A stretch of DNA of 64,000 nucleotides from Podarcis erhardii (lineage: Eukaryota): NCBI GenBank assembly GCA_964252035.1, contig OZ176206.1; one strand, written 5' to 3'. Position numbers and translations under genes: made by a program. The notes under the pieces are model-generated. The model was not told the origin of the DNA, searched no databases, and saw only the letters and a list, made by a program, of their open reading frames with translations. Below, piece by piece: positions 60,256 through 64,000 of the stretch. The stretch's first letter is position 1, and each line of letters starts with the position of its first letter.

Positions 60256-60614
60256 GGTGTAGAATTCCTGCCAAGAACACAAGAGAGAAAAAGCCTACTG
60301 TCATGTGACGAGAATTTTCCCACAGTCATGTGTGTTAAAGGCAGACAGCTAGCAGTTTCCTCTGTAGATATATTCTACTTGTAATATTTATATATTGCTT
60401 TGCACATTCAGAGCCATTCCAGAGTTATTTAGAATAAAATACAAAATACATTTAAAATTCAAAAAAGTGATACAAATATAAAACACCAAAAGTGCTCAAA
60501 AATTAATCTAAACACAATATTCCCTGCTCTACACAAGCAGGACACCAGTATTCTCAAAAATCTCAATCATCAGCGCTGTCCAAATGCTGAGAATAACTTT
60601 TTTGCATGGTTCTA

Positions 60615-60805
60615 GATTCAGGTAGGTAGCTGTGTTGGTCTGACGCAGTCGAAATAAAATAAAAAAATTGTCCAGGAGCACCTTAGAGACCAGCTAAGTT
60701 TGTTCTGGGTATAAGGTTTCGTAGGTATCTGAAGAAGTGTGCATGTGCATGAAAGCTTATACCCAGAACAAACTTAGGTAGCCTCTAAGGTGCTACTGGA
60801 CATTT
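60615..60805. mobile_element. Penelope-like element fragment with inverted terminal repeats
   Basis: Arms GCACCTTAGAGACC..GGGTATAAG (about 60678-60722) and CTTATACCC..CTCTAAGGTGC (about 60749-60793). Confidence 0.7.
60724..60763 (+). ncRNA. Minimal type I hammerhead ribozyme motif
   Basis: GGTAT-CTGAAGA-A-GTGTGC-AT-GTGCAT-GAAA-GCTT-ATACC: 5-bp stem I; stem II held by G-U wobbles. Confidence 0.5.
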
Positions 60806-61399
60806 CACAATTGGAGCGGGGGGTGGGGGGAGGAGGGGAGATCTGTTCTCTTGCTGCTACCTGCTGAACATCTTTTGGAGAGGCAGTGAATGGTCTCAGA
60901 TCTCAGGATCTGGATTGGTTTGAATGTGGAAAGGTTGCAAGCTGTAATGTTTTATCTCCGCTGCAAATATATAATAAAGCAAACAAGCAAATATAAGAAA
61001 TTTTAATGTGAATTTTTGTATACAGCAAGAATAAATGTTTGAATAGACTATAAATGCCAGCCATTTTTAAACAGAGTCCATACAGACTCAAGTGTGTGTA
61101 ATAGTACAGTATGCTCAAACCTATTTATCCACTTAAGAAATGCTTTGTGTGTGGTTTTTTTGTCTGTATGTATGTGTAGAGCACTTTCATCTGTGCAAGC
61201 AACAGATTTCTGGTTTCCCCCCCTTTTGTACATGATTTGATCAGCCAGGCCCAACCATATACAGCACAAGGGGCAGCTCACAACCTTGGATCTCTTTAAC
61301 CAGTTTCAATCCCTGGAGGACAAACCTGCCCCGCTATGTGGGAGCTGATGGAGGATTTGTTCCAAGAGGGTGGAGGAGTTTGCAGGTAGTTGAACTACA

Positions 61400-63130
61400 G
61401 AGGCACGAAGGCAATTCCCAACTCTTCTTCCGGCAACGGCTTCGCTTTCGGCTAGACACAGGCAGCTGCCTGCTCCGGGTTCAGAGACCCCAAAGGTGAA
61501 ACACCAGCGCCGCCCGACCCGTGGCCCAGACAGGCAGTTTCGATGTGCTACAGGCCCCAAGGAGGAGCCATTCCCGGCCAGCGGCAGGAGCAAGAGCCGG
61601 AAGGGAAGGCGAGCGGTCAGGCTGGGCAGAGGCCAAGCCCGCCAGCCGCGGACCAGGAAGCGCCGCTTCTTCGCCCGCGCCTCCCGCCACCGGCTGGCCG
61701 AAGGCAGCTTCAGGCGGCGGCCCCTCCGGGCCTCTCTCGCCTTTCCCGGGGCCCTTCCCTGCCTCGGCCCGTTCCTCGGGCGAAAGGCGACCGGGAAGGC
61801 GGGGGAGGCTTGTGAGGGCGGCGGAGCGGCAGAGCCGAGCGAGGGCGGTCAGCCGGGGCGGCCTTACCCGGGGGCGGGGGGGGGGGAGTCTTTTTGTCTC
61901 CGTCTGTCCCGACAGGCAGCGAAGGTGGCGTCGGCGGCGTCACGGGTCCAGCCTCAGCTGGGCAGGCGGAGGGATACGTCTCTTCTCTGCTTTTCAGGAG
62001 GAGGAGGTGCGCGACAGTAGCAAAAGCAATAGTCGTAGTTCTTAGCAGCGTCCGGCCCTCTGTCTGCGACGCGGCTTCTCCAAGATACAGTGCAGCGACG
62101 CACGGGGCGCTTTGTGTTTGTGCGGAACTACTTTACGGGCGGAGGGATCTCTCGCCGGAGAAAGAGGGACCTCAATAAAAGTCGTACTTCCTAAAGCGAG
62201 CGTTACCTTCATTGAGGTCCCTCCATAGCCCTCAACCGCGGCTGGAGAGTTCCGACCTCGTCGGGTACGACGTCGGAGAAGGAGGAGGAAGAGGCGGCGG
62301 CCCCGCCCACTGCCCCCCTCCCTCCGAGCTGCTTCCCATCCCCGGGGGCGTCGCTCGGCAGACTGGAGCCCTCCCGCTGTAGGGGCGCTCGCGTGAATGG
62401 CCGGGCGCCTTGCAGGGCATGGCGGGGGCGTCAATCGGGTCCCCCTGCTCGTGGCTTGAAAAGAGGCGGGGACGGCGGCAGCCCCGCCACTAGCACCGCG
62501 GCGCCGCCGCTCCGACAAGAGGAGAAGCGGCCCCGTGGAAGCAGGCGACTCGGGGCAAGGGAGGCGGGTTGCAGCAGCAGCAGCAGTTGCTCCTGCTCCT
62601 CCTCCTCGGTAGCCGGGCCCGTGGAGAGCGCCGAAGGACACAACTCTGGCCTTGCTGGCTGGTCTGGGTGCGTGAAGCCCCCGGAGGCGCCGGCCTGATG
62701 GCTGCGGGACCCCCTCCCGGCTGAGCGCCTGCGCCGGCCTCGGGATCGGCGCCCCTGCTGCCAGGCAAGAGGCGCGCTCCGCTCGGAGGGGAGGGAAGGG
62801 CTCCAGCACAGCGCGCCCCCGTCCGCCTGTCTGTCCGTCGGTCCCGCCGTGCACGAGCCGGGCGCTCCCGCCGTGCCGCCATCTTCCTCTGTCTGTCTGT
62901 CTGCCAGCCTGGGCGGCCCTTTGTCCTCCTGCAGCGCTGCTGGGCGAGCCCAGGCCGGGCGACGGAGTCAGGTAAGGGCCGAGGCGGCGGCAGCCTCCTT
63001 TCGAGCGCGGGGTGGTGGCGGATCTCTAAACGCCCCCGCTCGCCTACCCTGGTCATCCCCCGCATGGTGACAGGGCTCTTCTTTCCGCAGGTGCGCCCCC
63101 CCCGGGGGGGGGAACCATGTCCCGTCGGAA
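61400..63130. promoter_or_regulatory. CpG island / bidirectional promoter shared by IST1 and ZNF821
   Basis: Very high GC and CpG density between the divergent first exons; plus-strand donor CAG|GTAAGG at 62971/62972. Confidence 0.8.
61867..62060 (-). other. IST1: Probable non-coding first exon of IST1 (5' boundary approximate)
   Basis: Minus-strand donor CGG|GTAAGG at 61867/61866 inside the CpG island. The first coding exon has an acceptor 12 nt upstream of its ATG (60268-60269). Confidence 0.6.
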
Positions 63131-63156
63131 ACAGACCACCCCCAATAAAGTCCACT
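63117..63156 (+). CDS. ZNF821: Zinc finger protein 821, first coding exon (gene continues beyond the window)
   Basis: ATG TCC CGT CGG AAA CAG ACC ACC CCC AAT AAA GTC CAC T|GTGAGT = MSRRKQTTPNKVH, matching the recalled ZNF821 N-terminus. Acceptor at 63089-63090. Head-to-head with IST1, as in mammals. Confidence 0.88.
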
Positions 63157-64000
63157 GTGAGTAATAAGGGGAGGGGGGCTGTTGTCACTTCCACCTTCAC
63201 CCCCTTCCCCCGCTCAAGCGAGGCATCCTCATCCGCAAAATGATGGGGGGGACAGCCCTCCCCTCCACTATTTGCTGCATTCTTCTCCCATAGCCCTGGT
63301 GGAGACTCCCTGCCCAGCATCGAGGATTTGTTGGCTGAGTTGAGACATGTCCACGTACCACGTCTTGGAGCCTAAGGGCTCCTTAGGTACTCTGGGGGCT
63401 CAGAACCCCTCTCCGCCATTCTAGTGGCATTCTGTCTCTCATTGGGCCACCTTAACCACTGATGTTTCTTCTGCAAATGAACAGCTTTTCAGCACTAGTT
63501 GGGAATGGCTGGCTAGTCTCCCATGCACAGTGAGGAACAGGGGACTTCCAGGCACCATGATAGCTTTAGGATCAGAATTGAAATAGCAAAGGCCCAGGAA
63601 AGAGTCTGGCAATTTCAGGCAAGCACTGCCCACTTTGCACAACTTAAGAGAAAACGTATCAAGGAGGAACTAAAGCAGATAACTAAACCTGGACCACAAA
63701 ATCCACAGAAGACCTCTCCCACCACAAATTTGGTTTGCAAAAGTAGATAAGTAGGTTTGCTATTGCCTACACTAAAGCATCTTTTACACACATGTGACAG
63801 CTTTACCCCTGGAGGAGAACCTGTATGGCAGGACAAGCTCTTCCAAAATATGGGCCCCAGGGGTGGGGGAGCACATGCAAATTCTAGGGCGGAGCCAGGG
63901 CACGCAAGAGCCCTCCCTGTGTGCTTAATGCTGCTGAAGACATTTGTATTTCCAGGTCATGTTGGAAAGGATGCGAAGGGACGGATTGGTCAGGCCACCG

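Noticed and set aside
61400-63320. Long ORFs of 170-276 aa on both strands
   Set aside because: Low-complexity G/R/A/P translations expected in a CpG island; the real coding start is at 63117
63956-64000. Possible next ZNF821 exon after the acceptor TTTGTATTTCCAG
   Set aside because: The translation does not match the recalled ZNF821 sequence and it is cut off by the window edge
1-64000. tRNA, rRNA, CRISPR or prokaryotic systems
   Set aside because: The tRNA-like boxes belong to SINE heads; the window is intron-containing vertebrate DNA with no spacer arrays

Overview
Vertebrate genomic DNA from a squamate, most likely a lacertid lizard (Podarcis-type Sauria SINEs). Gene order: CYB5B (minus; first three coding exons at 11033-4504), about 12 kb of repeat-rich intergenic DNA, two tandem plus-strand polycystin-1-like genes, IST1 (minus; complete, 364 aa), and the first coding exon of ZNF821 (plus), head-to-head with IST1 across a CpG island. 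The second polycystin gene (36296-53026; 31 exons, about 1771 aa) is a complete PKD1L3 with lectin, GAIN/GPS, PLAT, TOP and pore. The first (23534-33943; 22 phase-consistent exons, about 1110 aa, no frameshift) is the most striking feature. Its membrane region is PKD1L2-like, it keeps the C-type lectin and an intact GPS cleavage motif, its PLAT domain is eroded, and it stops right after TM5, so it lacks the whole TOP/channel half. Smaller observations: a twin-priming-type inverted SINE, an 83-bp duplication with nested insertions, Penelope-derived minimal hammerhead ribozyme motifs in IST1 introns, and a GC-AG intron. Exon models were built by hand from splice signals, reading phase and recalled homologue sequences. 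No alignment, database search or expression data was available, so family assignments and novelty need checking.
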